DNA of 64,000 nt from Carpediemonas membranifera BICM. Taxonomy: Eukaryota; Protista; Fornicata. The notes below the pieces were generated by a model. That model saw nothing but the letters and a program-made list of their open reading frames with translations. It did no database searches and was not told the DNA's origin. Shown here piece by piece: positions 13,143 to 22,381 of this stretch (positions are counted from its first letter, which is position 1; each line of letters starts with the position of its first letter). Location: the NCBI GenBank assembly GCA_019828565.1, contig JAHDYR010000021.1, forward strand, positions 1-64,000, written 5' to 3'. A program made the position numbers and the translations under genes.

Positions 13143-14438
13143 TTACTCGACGAGCTTACTATCCAGACTCTCTCTGAAAGGGCCGAGCAGACCCTTGATC
13201 GGCTGGCACGCCGCCCCTGCCAAGGCACAAATGGTCAGCCCGTGGATCTTGGTCAGCCTCTTCAGTCTGTCCGCATCCTTCTGGGTAGCCGTGCCGGCCT
13301 TGATCTTGGCCATTGTCGTCGCCATCTGGTGAGTGCCCAGCTTGCACGGCTGGCACTGCCCGCAGCTCTCGACAGCGTAGAACCGGGCCATGCGGGCGGT
13401 AACGTCAACGAAGTCGACGTCCTTGGGGATGACGATGATGCCACCCGTGCCCATCTCGGTCCCGAGCTCGCGAAGGGAGTCAAAGTCCATCTTGGCGGTG
13501 CGAGCCTCCTCTGGAGTCAGCGCTAGAGTCGAGGAGCCGCCAGGAATGATCGCCTGCACGTTTTCCCAGCCGCCAGTTGGGCCGCCCGCGTGCTCGTCGA
13601 TGAGCTCACCGATAGTCACGCCCATGGCGTCCTCGACAGTGCAAGGCTTGTTCACGGCCCCGCTGATGGTGTAGAGCTTCGTGCCATGGTTGGCGGGGGT
13701 GCCGAGCGACGTCCACCACTCCAAGCCGCGTGTGAGGATCGCCGGAACCTGGGCGATGGTCTCGACGTTGTTGATGATAGTCGGCTTCATGAAGAGGCCC
13801 TGGGTGGCAGGGTACGGGGGCTTGTGTCTAGGCTTGCCGGGCTTGCCCTCGATTGAGTTGAGGAGGGCGGTCTCCTCGCCGCACACGTAGGCGCCCGCCC
13901 CGCTGTGGATGTGGACGTCAAGAGGGTACTGCGCGCGAGGGCCAAGGAGGCCAGCCTTGTAGGCCTCGTCTATGGCCTTCTGCATGGCGCGCTGCTCCTC
14001 CTTGAACTCGCCTCGGATATAAATGTAGGCTTGGGTCGCCTTGATCGTGAAAGCAGAGTAAATCATGCCCTCAATCAACTTGTAAGGCTCGTTGCGGAGG
14101 ATATAGCGGTCCTTGGAGGTACCTGGCTCGCCCTCATCGGCGTTGACGACGAGGTAGTGCTGCTTCCCGTCGTCCCGGGGCAGGAAGGACCATTTCGCAC
14201 CAGTGTCGAAGCCAGCGCCACCGCGGCCTCTCTGCCCGGCCTTTTGCATGGTATTCAAGATCTCATCTCTCATATTGTCACCTCCAGCAAGGATGGCGCC
14301 CAGAGACTTGAAATCGCCAGCCTTTTTGGCGTTCTCAATGGTCGGCGTCTTCTGGCCGTAGAGGTTGGTGAATATGTGGTCTGCAGCAGCGAGGTAGCCA
14401 CGCTGACCGAATGATTTGGCTGCAAACGTTGACAGCAT
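13143..14438 (-). CDS. nuoF: NADH dehydrogenase 51-kDa flavoprotein subunit (NuoF/NDUFV1); probable start MLSTFAAKSF at 14438
   Basis: RGRGGAGF, NADEGEPGT-KDR, GAGAYVCGEETALLNSIEGK, and ESCGQCQPC...TICALA 4Fe-4S motif. Confidence 0.95.
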   Translation of the reverse strand: MLSTFAAKSFGQRGYLAAADHIFTNLYGQKTPTIENAKKAGDFKSLGAILAGGDNMRDEILNTMQKAGQRGRGGAGFDTGAKWSFLPRDDGKQHYLVVNADEGEPGTSKDRYILRNEPYKLIEGMIYSAFTIKATQAYIYIRGEFKEEQRAMQKAIDEAYKAGLLGPRAQYPLDVHIHSGAGAYVCGEETALLNSIEGKPGKPRHKPPYPATQGLFMKPTIINNVETIAQVPAILTRGLEWWTSLGTPANHGTKLYTISGAVNKPCTVEDAMGVTIGELIDEHAGGPTGGWENVQAIIPGGSSTLALTPEEARTAKMDFDSLRELGTEMGTGGIIVIPKDVDFVDVTARMARFYAVESCGQCQPCKLGTHQMATTMAKIKAGTATQKDADRLKRLTKIHGLTICALAGAACQPIKGLLGPFRESLDSKLVE

Positions 14439-14787
14439 TCTTTGCCGAGCACCAGTCGTATCTGGTCCGGGTCCTCGGGATTCTTTCCCCCCAGCAGCGT
14501 GGGACGAGACGTGTACTGGGTAGGTAGCGGATGATAGAAGGCATAGAGGGCTGCTCCGCTTGTATTTTCTGTTTGTTCTTGGCTGCCCGGAGCAGGTCAG
14601 GTTGATGCCAGCGGCGACGTAGGGGTTTTGGGTGTAGCATAAGCCATGCTGTTGTCCCGCTAGCTTCACGATGCTCTCTGTGTGAATTCTCGCTTGGCTG
14701 TCGCACTGTAGCGCAGGGCTTGTCAAATGCAGTGATGACATCTGCACCCAGCGAAGGCAGCGTCCCATCACATCTACACCACTCTAG

Positions 14788-17592
14788 ATGTCAGAAGAGC
14801 CTCCAATCACGCCGGTAGCATCGTATGCTCTCAAAATCGACACCACCACATACCAGAGCGGAATTGTCGCCGCCTCATGCGAGTACACCTTCGCAGAGAA
14901 CACATCTCATCCTATCATCCTTGACTGCTCAGTCAAGACTGTCCTCAATGTGTTCCACGGCATCACCGATCTCCCCTTCACCGTGACGCCCGATCGACTC
15001 ATCATCGACCCCGAAAGGACCCACCAGAGCCTGCACAGGCTCACTGTGGCATTCAAGGTCGCCGTCAACACTGATATGACTGCGGCCTACTCCACCGAGT
15101 GGCTGGAAGAGCCTGCATTCGTCCTGCAAGCTGCCCCGACCTTCGCCCCGGCCATCTTTCCCTGTAGCACCGGGGCCCGCGCCCCTATTAGCCTCAAGGT
15201 GACCATACCCCACCTCTACCACACCGTGTCCAACATGCCGACCCGTTCCATCCACCACAAGACCGAGACCACTGTCGTCTTCGCGGAAAGCCCGCCCATG
15301 CGCCCCGGCTCGCTCGCGCTCGTCGTAGTCAACAGAGTGCATACACGGTCCTTGCGGCAGACGAAGGTCCCAGTGGCCGTGATGTCGCCCCGTGCTTCCC
15401 AGACGACCGACCTGCTTGCTGACTGGGCGATTGTTGTCATCCAGTACCTCGAGGATCTTTTCGGGGTCGAGTTCCCCATCCCAAAGCTCGACATCGTCTT
15501 CCTCCCCGAGTTCCCCGTGTCCGCCTTTGAGAACTTCGGCTGCATCCTGTTCAGAAAGACAACCGCCCGACTCCCGACTCTTTTTTCGACTGTGGCGCAC
15601 GAGATCATCCACCAGTACTTTGGGCAGGGTGTAGGCCACGCCAGGGCCCATGAGACGTTCCTTGCTGAGGGCCCCGCCCGTTTCTTCCAGTACAAGGTCA
15701 TGGCCGACTGCTTCGAGGAGTTCAACAGAGCCCATAGCCTCGAAAGACAGCTGCCGGACTTGGCAGCGAAGTTCTACATTGATGTCATCGATGCAGGCCT
15801 GGCTAAGGAGACTGCGTGTCCGCCCTTTACACTGGGGCTCACTCCAGACGTCAGGGTCGAGCGGCGCGAGGGGGCATATGTCACTGTAGTCGGGGCAGAG
15901 ATTTGTCAGAATGACGCATTCTATGACGATTTGGTCTATACAAAGGGCGCGGCGCTGTTTCATATGATCGCAGGTCTGTTTCCCGCGACAGCTGGGCACA
16001 ATCCGTTCATTCGTGCGCTGTCAGCATACTTATCTGACAACATGTTCTCCGATGTCACTAGCGAGACGTTAATTTCGTATTTAACGAAGCTGAGACACCC
16101 AGAGATTCCCGCTCAGATCATTACGAAGCTGATCCACGACCACATCAACCTACCCCTGTTCCCGACTGTAGCAGCGTCGGTTGTACCCATCGCAGACTGC
16201 GACGAGAACACTGTAGCGGGCGTTGAGGACGTGATTGACTCATTTCTACTCGAGGCGGGGAAAGATCCGGCCCAATATTCGCTGATATCCATTATGTACG
16301 TCCATGTACGCGAGTCCTTCGGCAACCGACTCGTCCCGCTGCTCGTAGAGACGGTAGGAGACCCGAGCGCATATCCTATCTTCATTGATGAGGCCCTTAG
16401 ATTCTCCACGGCCTCGGGAGAGGGTTTCCTCGCGAGCTGCGACGCCGAGCGCATCGCCATCATCGCACACACAGGGAAGCACGCGATACCAGTTCTGGAC
16501 GACCGTGCGGCTGCCTATTGCCGCGTAGAGTACCCCCTTCTCACGATGGAGCGTATCGTCGAGGAGTGGGTCGACCTGGACGTCGGCCAGAGACTCTCCG
16601 CGCTCACGTCCCTGACCCATGCGCTCCGTTGTGGTTTGATCAAGGTTGACCCATTTTCCGGAATGCTGGAGAGAATCGGCGTGACTGAGTCGAATGAGAT
16701 GATCGGATACGAGATCGTCCACCGACTATCGGATGTCGCGTTCACTTTCAATGCCGGGAACTCCTTTCACGTCGAGTCGGTGAGGCGCTGCGCCCGCTCC
16801 ATGCTCGCCAGAGCAGTCACGGACCCAGAGAGCTTCTTCGACCTTTGTGATACCAAGCCAGAGTTCCGGACGACTTTCTGTCTCCTTATTAGACTCCTAG
16901 CGGTCGCGTGTCACGATGAGGAGATCATCTCGACTCTCGTTCGTGTCGGCCACGAGGTCGAGCTGACCGTAGACCCCGCAGCTGGCATAGAGGAGCCTGA
17001 GGATATCCCCCTGCCGTCTATGAGGTCACTGGAGGTTCTTATCAGTGGCCTTGAAGCCTTCCTCCGCCAGGACATCATGTGGTCGATCACGCACTTTAAG
17101 AACATCCCCGCCCGCACCGCCATCCCCCCCGAGAGCCACAAGATCATCCTTGCCCTCTACTCGAAGTCGACCCATGTCGCTCATCTTCAGAACAGAGACT
17201 ACTCGCCCGAGGTTTGGTCGGATCTCGGCCAGCTGGCCTGGTCCTCGGACCCTGAAGATGTTTACAACGTGCTTGCCGGAGTGATGCTTTCGCCGGCGTT
17301 CCGGGTGTCTGATTGCATTCATTTGTTCCGTCTCGCGTGCTTCAACCCGTCGTGCCCCCAGATCCCGCTGTGTTTCATTGAGAAGCAGCAGACAGACCTC
17401 ATCCGCCGCTTTGGACAACAGCCGTTCACGATGTTGATGCTTGTGGACATGGCAAGCAGGTTTATTGCCGACAAGGACGGCTTCGGGGTCCTCCATAGGA
17501 TCAGCGAGCTGCCCAGCCTTCCTGACCCCGTGAGCAGGGCCGTGGAGCAGGGCTTGCGGCGGATTGGGATGAATATGGAGCTGTGTAAATAG
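14788..17592 (+). CDS. M1 family zinc aminopeptidase
   Basis: SAFEN (GAMEN-like), HEIIH-x18-E (LAEG), VYTKGA and a C-terminal helical domain. Confidence 0.9.
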   Translation: MSEEPPITPVASYALKIDTTTYQSGIVAASCEYTFAENTSHPIILDCSVKTVLNVFHGITDLPFTVTPDRLIIDPERTHQSLHRLTVAFKVAVNTDMTAAYSTEWLEEPAFVLQAAPTFAPAIFPCSTGARAPISLKVTIPHLYHTVSNMPTRSIHHKTETTVVFAESPPMRPGSLALVVVNRVHTRSLRQTKVPVAVMSPRASQTTDLLADWAIVVIQYLEDLFGVEFPIPKLDIVFLPEFPVSAFENFGCILFRKTTARLPTLFSTVAHEIIHQYFGQGVGHARAHETFLAEGPARFFQYKVMADCFEEFNRAHSLERQLPDLAAKFYIDVIDAGLAKETACPPFTLGLTPDVRVERREGAYVTVVGAEICQNDAFYDDLVYTKGAALFHMIAGLFPATAGHNPFIRALSAYLSDNMFSDVTSETLISYLTKLRHPEIPAQIITKLIHDHINLPLFPTVAASVVPIADCDENTVAGVEDVIDSFLLEAGKDPAQYSLISIMYVHVRESFGNRLVPLLVETVGDPSAYPIFIDEALRFSTASGEGFLASCDAERIAIIAHTGKHAIPVLDDRAAAYCRVEYPLLTMERIVEEWVDLDVGQRLSALTSLTHALRCGLIKVDPFSGMLERIGVTESNEMIGYEIVHRLSDVAFTFNAGNSFHVESVRRCARSMLARAVTDPESFFDLCDTKPEFRTTFCLLIRLLAVACHDEEIISTLVRVGHEVELTVDPAAGIEEPEDIPLPSMRSLEVLISGLEAFLRQDIMWSITHFKNIPARTAIPPESHKIILALYSKSTHVAHLQNRDYSPEVWSDLGQLAWSSDPEDVYNVLAGVMLSPAFRVSDCIHLFRLACFNPSCPQIPLCFIEKQQTDLIRRFGQQPFTMLMLVDMASRFIADKDGFGVLHRISELPSLPDPVSRAVEQGLRRIGMNMELCK

Positions 17593-17733
17593 TGTTATGG
17601 CGTTATATGTGAAGAGTACTTCGGTGACACGGTTGTCATAAGAAGAAACGCAACCGACGAAAGAGCGCCGTGCCGCCGGTTTTCAAGCCCACGACACACC
17701 AACCACAATCATGATGGCAGCTTTATATCCACA

Positions 17734-19455
17734 TTAATGAACGTCGAACGACCCGCCCCCGAGGAACTCCCGCAGCAGGCTGTCTTTGGGGACATACCTC
17801 GCGTCGATCTGGTGGAAGTTTCTCAGGAACTTCAGCAGCTTGCGGGCGAGAGGGAAGCCCTCTTCACCCGGCTTGATGCCTCTAAGCAGCCCGATGGCGT
17901 GCACAGAGAGGGCAGACAACTCGTAGTCAAGCGTGGAGTTGAAGACGAAGTCGGCCTTGTTCTGGTAGGGGAAGATGTGTGTCTCCTCGCCTCTACGGAC
18001 GCTGGGCCACATCGCGAGGGTCGTGGCGGCCTTGCACCCTCTGAACTGGTAGTCGCGCACCATGCGCCGGATGAGTCTGTTCTCCGTCGTGCTGATACGA
18101 GTGTGGTCGTCGATGTTAAGCATAGTCAGGGGCGATATGAACACCTTGTACTTGTCCTCGGCGGGTACACGGGACGTGAGGCGGTCGTTGAGCCCGTGGA
18201 TGCCCTCCATGATGATGATGCCGCTCGGGGGGAGCTTGAGGAGGTTGCCCGGGGTCCGCTTGCCATGGACAAAGTCGAACCGCGGCAGGCGGATCTCCTC
18301 GCCGGCCATGAGATCGGTGAGCTGGCTGTTGAGATAATCAATGTCGATCGCCTCGACTGCCTCGAAGTCGAAGTTTCCATCCTCGTCCTTTGGCGTCATC
18401 TCACGGTCGACGTAGTAGTTATCGAGCCCAATTGTCACAGGTCGCCTGCCGAGCGCGCGGAGCTGGATGGCGAGTCTGAGGGCGAAAGTGCTCTTTCCTG
18501 ACGACGAAGGGCCTGCGATGAGGAGGAGCTTGGCCGTGTCGGGGACGGACATGGCGAGGCGGGCGAGGTTGGCCTGCTGGATGGCCTCAGATGTGCAGAT
18601 GAACTCGCGGATGTTGGAAGTCGAGATGGCGCGGTTGAGGTCACCGACGCATTGGATGCCGAGGGTCTTGCCCCACTTGGTGTGCTCCTTGTAGACCTGG
18701 TAGAGGTTCTGGTTGTCCACGAAGGCGGGGAGGTTGAGGGGGTCCTTTCTCGAGGGGAATCTGAGGATGAAACCGTGGCCGTACTTCATGAGGGAGAATG
18801 TCTTGAGCACAGCGGTGTTGTGGACGAGCGCATGGTGCCAGAGGTCGAGGAAGTCGGAACACACGAGGAGGGAGATGCGGGGGTCGTTGCGGGCCTCGAT
18901 GAGTGAGGCTGACTGGTCTTGGTTGGTCTGCCGGAAATAGTCTAGCGCCTGGTCGTACGCGAACTGGCGGCGCGAGATATTCAACGCGTCGGCAACAAGC
19001 TCGTGCATCTTGGCCTCGAGTTCACGCAGGTTCTCGTCGCTCATCTCCTTGTTCTCATCCTTGTAGTGGTAAAAGTAGCCGTGCCCGAGCGAGTGTGAGA
19101 TGACGATGGCGTTGTCCATGTGCCAGAGCTTGTGGGCGGCCATGGAGAGGAGGAAGGCCACGGACTCGCGGTACATGGAGGACCCGAGGTCGGAATCACC
19201 GAAGAGGGGCTCGACGCTGCAGTTGATCGTCATGTGCTCGTTCAGGGAGACGAGCTCCTTGTCTGCAAGGGCTCCAAGGAGAGGATATCCGTTCTCGTGC
19301 TTGAATTCTTCGTTGTCTTCGCAGACGTCAATGAGCTTCGTCCCTCTTGGGAAGAACGCTTGCCGACCGGAAGGGAAAGTCACTGTGATCTCGTCCCGAA
19401 GCATATCAGCGTGTCTGATGTCCAACTCTTCTGGGGAGATGATGTTTTGGTTCAT
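17734..19455 (-). CDS. Bacterial-type nucleoside/uridine kinase with ThrRS-like N-terminal region
   Basis: Walker A GPSSSGKST, LDNYY, IIMEGIHGLN, RLIRRMVRDYQFRG, MWPSVRRGEE-IFPYQ, LLREFLGG. Confidence 0.88.
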   Translation of the reverse strand: MNQNIISPEELDIRHADMLRDEITVTFPSGRQAFFPRGTKLIDVCEDNEEFKHENGYPLLGALADKELVSLNEHMTINCSVEPLFGDSDLGSSMYRESVAFLLSMAAHKLWHMDNAIVISHSLGHGYFYHYKDENKEMSDENLRELEAKMHELVADALNISRRQFAYDQALDYFRQTNQDQSASLIEARNDPRISLLVCSDFLDLWHHALVHNTAVLKTFSLMKYGHGFILRFPSRKDPLNLPAFVDNQNLYQVYKEHTKWGKTLGIQCVGDLNRAISTSNIREFICTSEAIQQANLARLAMSVPDTAKLLLIAGPSSSGKSTFALRLAIQLRALGRRPVTIGLDNYYVDREMTPKDEDGNFDFEAVEAIDIDYLNSQLTDLMAGEEIRLPRFDFVHGKRTPGNLLKLPPSGIIIMEGIHGLNDRLTSRVPAEDKYKVFISPLTMLNIDDHTRISTTENRLIRRMVRDYQFRGCKAATTLAMWPSVRRGEETHIFPYQNKADFVFNSTLDYELSALSVHAIGLLRGIKPGEEGFPLARKLLKFLRNFHQIDARYVPKDSLLREFLGGGSFDVH

Positions 19456-19692
19456 CGGAGTCGAGAGGAGGTTGAAAGGTCAAGTTTGTTATTGTAGAAA
19501 ACCGACTCAAACGAGTCAAGTCTCGGTATTTCTGGCCCGGGAAGAAAGAAGCGCGGCAGAGCTAGGGTTGATTGTCATGGCACCGGCACTGTATCTCTAC
19601 AGTGTCAAGGGTTTTTTGCGAATTTTTGAGGTGGGTTTGATTGCCGTTTTGATGAGTTCTCATCGCTAAGTGCTGCGTTTTCGTCGTGTACA

Positions 19693-20052
19693 ATGGCTCA
19701 GCCGTTTAAGATCGCGGAACCAAAGAAGAAAGGCAAGAAGAAAGGAGGGCATAAGAAGAGATCGGACGTGAATCGCATGGTTGCGGCAGAAAAGCTCAAC
19801 AAGGTCTCGCCGCGGATTGCCACATGTATGTGATTCATTTCGCTCATTCACACAGACATATCCATCGCAGCCCCCAAGTCGCGTCTTCCTAAGAAGCATT
19901 ACTGCGACATCACCGGCTACCCCGCGCCATACAAGGATAAGGCCACAGGGCTCTGGTTCGCCAACTCCAGAGCCTACACAGCGTTGCGGAACCTTTCACA
20001 CGCTCAGAGCGATGCCCTTCTTTCGTTTAGGAATGGTACATTGGCCAAGTAG
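19693..20052 (+). CDS. IES6: INO80 subunit Ies6/INO80C (YL1_C domain), 109 aa, one 30-nt intron (19826-19855); absent from the ORF track
   Basis: Splicing GTATGT...CACACAG gives ...ATYISIAAPKSRLPKKHYCDITGYPAPYKDKATGLWF. Confidence 0.85.
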
Positions 20053-20360
20053 ATGCTGCCTGGCTGACATGCTTGTTGTGGTGACGCTGGTCCGACGTGG
20101 GCCAGCTACCTAGAAGGGCCGGAGAGTTTATAAATGAGGGAGATGAGTAAGCTGGCACGTTGTTTGCACCAACCTCTTTCCGCTTCAACGTTGATTCCGG
20201 ACCAAGAGTGTCGCCGCCGAGCTTGACTTTTATTATAAAGGATCGCATGGTATCCTCCTCGTCGTCCTTTGCATGTAACCCCATGCCAGACTGTTTGGCG
20301 ACTGCTTGGGGCATTTCCCTAAACTGCACGCGCACACAGCGACCTGACAACAGTGAACGA

Positions 20361-21884
20361 ATGAGCTTCCAGTCTTTGCAGGTGGATCACCACATAGTGA
20401 AGGCATTGAGAGAAAATGACCTTGTAGATCCGACGTTTTTTCAGTTGTATGCCATACCTAAGGCGCTTGACGTGACTTCGAAGCGTATTCTCTTGTCAGG
20501 CCCTCCGAACCACGGAAAGATGATTACATACCTTATTGCTATGCTTTCGAACCTTGCTGCTCGTTCAGATGCGTCTCAGACCCTCCAGAGCATCATTGTC
20601 GTGCCGAACGAGGATAAGCTCCACACCGCCAGATGGACCTTGGCCATGCTCTCCAAGTACTCCCCGAACACCCAGAACATCCTCGAAATCCACGACAGCG
20701 CCTCTCTCGAGAAGGCACAGGTTGAACTTGGCCACGCCACGACGCTGATCGTAACCGTCGACCGTCTCAGCGATCTTGCGTCTATCCCTATTGACTACGC
20801 ATCAATCATGTTCGTAGCATACCAAGACCTCGGCGACCTCCTCGCCTCGTCCCCCAGTGCCGAGGAACGCCTCCGGAGCCTCGCGCTGAATGTTACCGGA
20901 GCCCGTCTGTTCCTGATATGTCGCCCCACGGATTCCCCGAGCGTCCACTCATTCGCCCGGACGTTTGGCGAGTACGAGGACCTCTCTGTTCCTGCTAATT
21001 ACGCTCCCCTGTTCGAGATGCAGCACTACCTCGTGCCCGTCGCCACAAAAGCCGTGGAACCCGCCGGTGAGCAGCGCGATGAGACACCTGACGAAGATAT
21101 CGCCGCACAATGCCACATTATCCAGAAGATCGTCGAGGACAAACACTGTCAGAAGGCGCTCGTCGTTTGCCGCGAGATGAGAAACGCTCAGATCGTCAAG
21201 GGCCGCATCGAGCAGTCACCTCTCTTCTCAGGCGAGAATGCGCGGGCCTGCATCTGTCTCAACCCCTTCCTCGAGGACTCCGACGGAAACCGCCGCCCCG
21301 ATGCCCTGAACGAGGTGACCCGCCAGTTCAGCCAGCCCGGCATCAAGGTGGCTACCACTAGCGAGGCCGCGATCAAGCTCCTCGGCAACTTCCCCGTGTC
21401 ACACGTCATTCTGCTCCAGTTCCCATCGACACGGGCAGCCTACGTCTCGATGGCCAAGCGGGCATGCTCGCAGTACGGTTTCGCCGATATGATTTCCTTC
21501 ATCGATGTCCGCGGTCGTGAGTGTATCCAGGACCTCCAGCGGTGTGGCCTGACCTTCCAGAAGCTTCCCGTGCCAGCCCTGCCTGATGACTTGAAGGAAG
21601 TCATCATCTCGCACAAAAAGTCGGACGGCCATCGTGTTGGCGGCCGTAGGTTCCAGAAGGGGAAGTGGAACGACCGCAGAGACGCCTCTAAGGACCGCAC
21701 TGGCTCCTCGGCTGACCGCGGCGAGACTAGGCCCAAGACGGACCGTCATCCAGACGCCAGGCACGAGAGGCGTCCGTCGGCCGGGTCTGTCAGCGGGAAG
21801 CAGCAAAGGCCGAGGACCGCGGATGCAGGTAGGAAGGGCAAGAGCCGGGGAAGCCGCGGCAGGGGCCGCGGAGAGGGCAAGTAA
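20361..21884 (+). CDS. Degenerate DEAD-box helicase-like protein with basic/RG-rich tail
   Basis: Q motif (SFQSL...PTFFQLYAIP) and motif Ia IIVVP are recognisable; motifs I, II and VI are degenerate. Confidence 0.7.
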   Translation: MSFQSLQVDHHIVKALRENDLVDPTFFQLYAIPKALDVTSKRILLSGPPNHGKMITYLIAMLSNLAARSDASQTLQSIIVVPNEDKLHTARWTLAMLSKYSPNTQNILEIHDSASLEKAQVELGHATTLIVTVDRLSDLASIPIDYASIMFVAYQDLGDLLASSPSAEERLRSLALNVTGARLFLICRPTDSPSVHSFARTFGEYEDLSVPANYAPLFEMQHYLVPVATKAVEPAGEQRDETPDEDIAAQCHIIQKIVEDKHCQKALVVCREMRNAQIVKGRIEQSPLFSGENARACICLNPFLEDSDGNRRPDALNEVTRQFSQPGIKVATTSEAAIKLLGNFPVSHVILLQFPSTRAAYVSMAKRACSQYGFADMISFIDVRGRECIQDLQRCGLTFQKLPVPALPDDLKEVIISHKKSDGHRVGGRRFQKGKWNDRRDASKDRTGSSADRGETRPKTDRHPDARHERRPSAGSVSGKQQRPRTADAGRKGKSRGSRGRGRGEGK

Positions 21885-22199
21885 TAAAATTTAAAACACA
21901 AAGGGGCGTCTGGGGGAACTGGCTTGTATTGTCCTCCATCAATCAATCCATCAGACAATAAGGGTCTACATCAATTTGTTGTCGAAGAACGTGGTAGGCA
22001 TGCTGCCCGTCATCTCGGTGGACTGGGCCGCTGGCATGTCGGGCATGGACATCCATCCTTGGTCATGCCCGCGTCTATGGACTAAACTATGGAAACTATG
22101 GACAAACGATGAGACAGTCGAACAGTTAATACTGGCCAAGCCGCGCCTACGACCTGCTAACCGACGGCCTCACTCGGAGCTTCCTCTGACGACCACAGG

Positions 22200-22310
22200 C
22201 TTGTGTAACGGGGTTAACCTCGACGACGGCGACGCCGCTGTTGCTGCAGTTGTTCACGATCAACCAGAAGAGGATCCTCTGCGAGCTGGACGATCTGGTC
22301 CACGTCGACA
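22200..22310 (+). pseudogene. Internal remnant of an RCC1-like family gene
   Basis: QKRILCELDDLVHVD matches QKMIFCDLDDLVHVD at ~54890-54940(-) at DNA level. Confidence 0.5.
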
Positions 22311-22381
22311 TACCGATCCCAAGGGCCTCAGAGACAGGTCTCGATCAGCCGTCGGCCGGGCTAGCGACTTTACTGGTCAGC

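Noticed and set aside
14439-14771. 111-aa N-terminal extension of NuoF
   Set aside because: It has no NuoF similarity, and a better start with a targeting-like leader lies at 14438.
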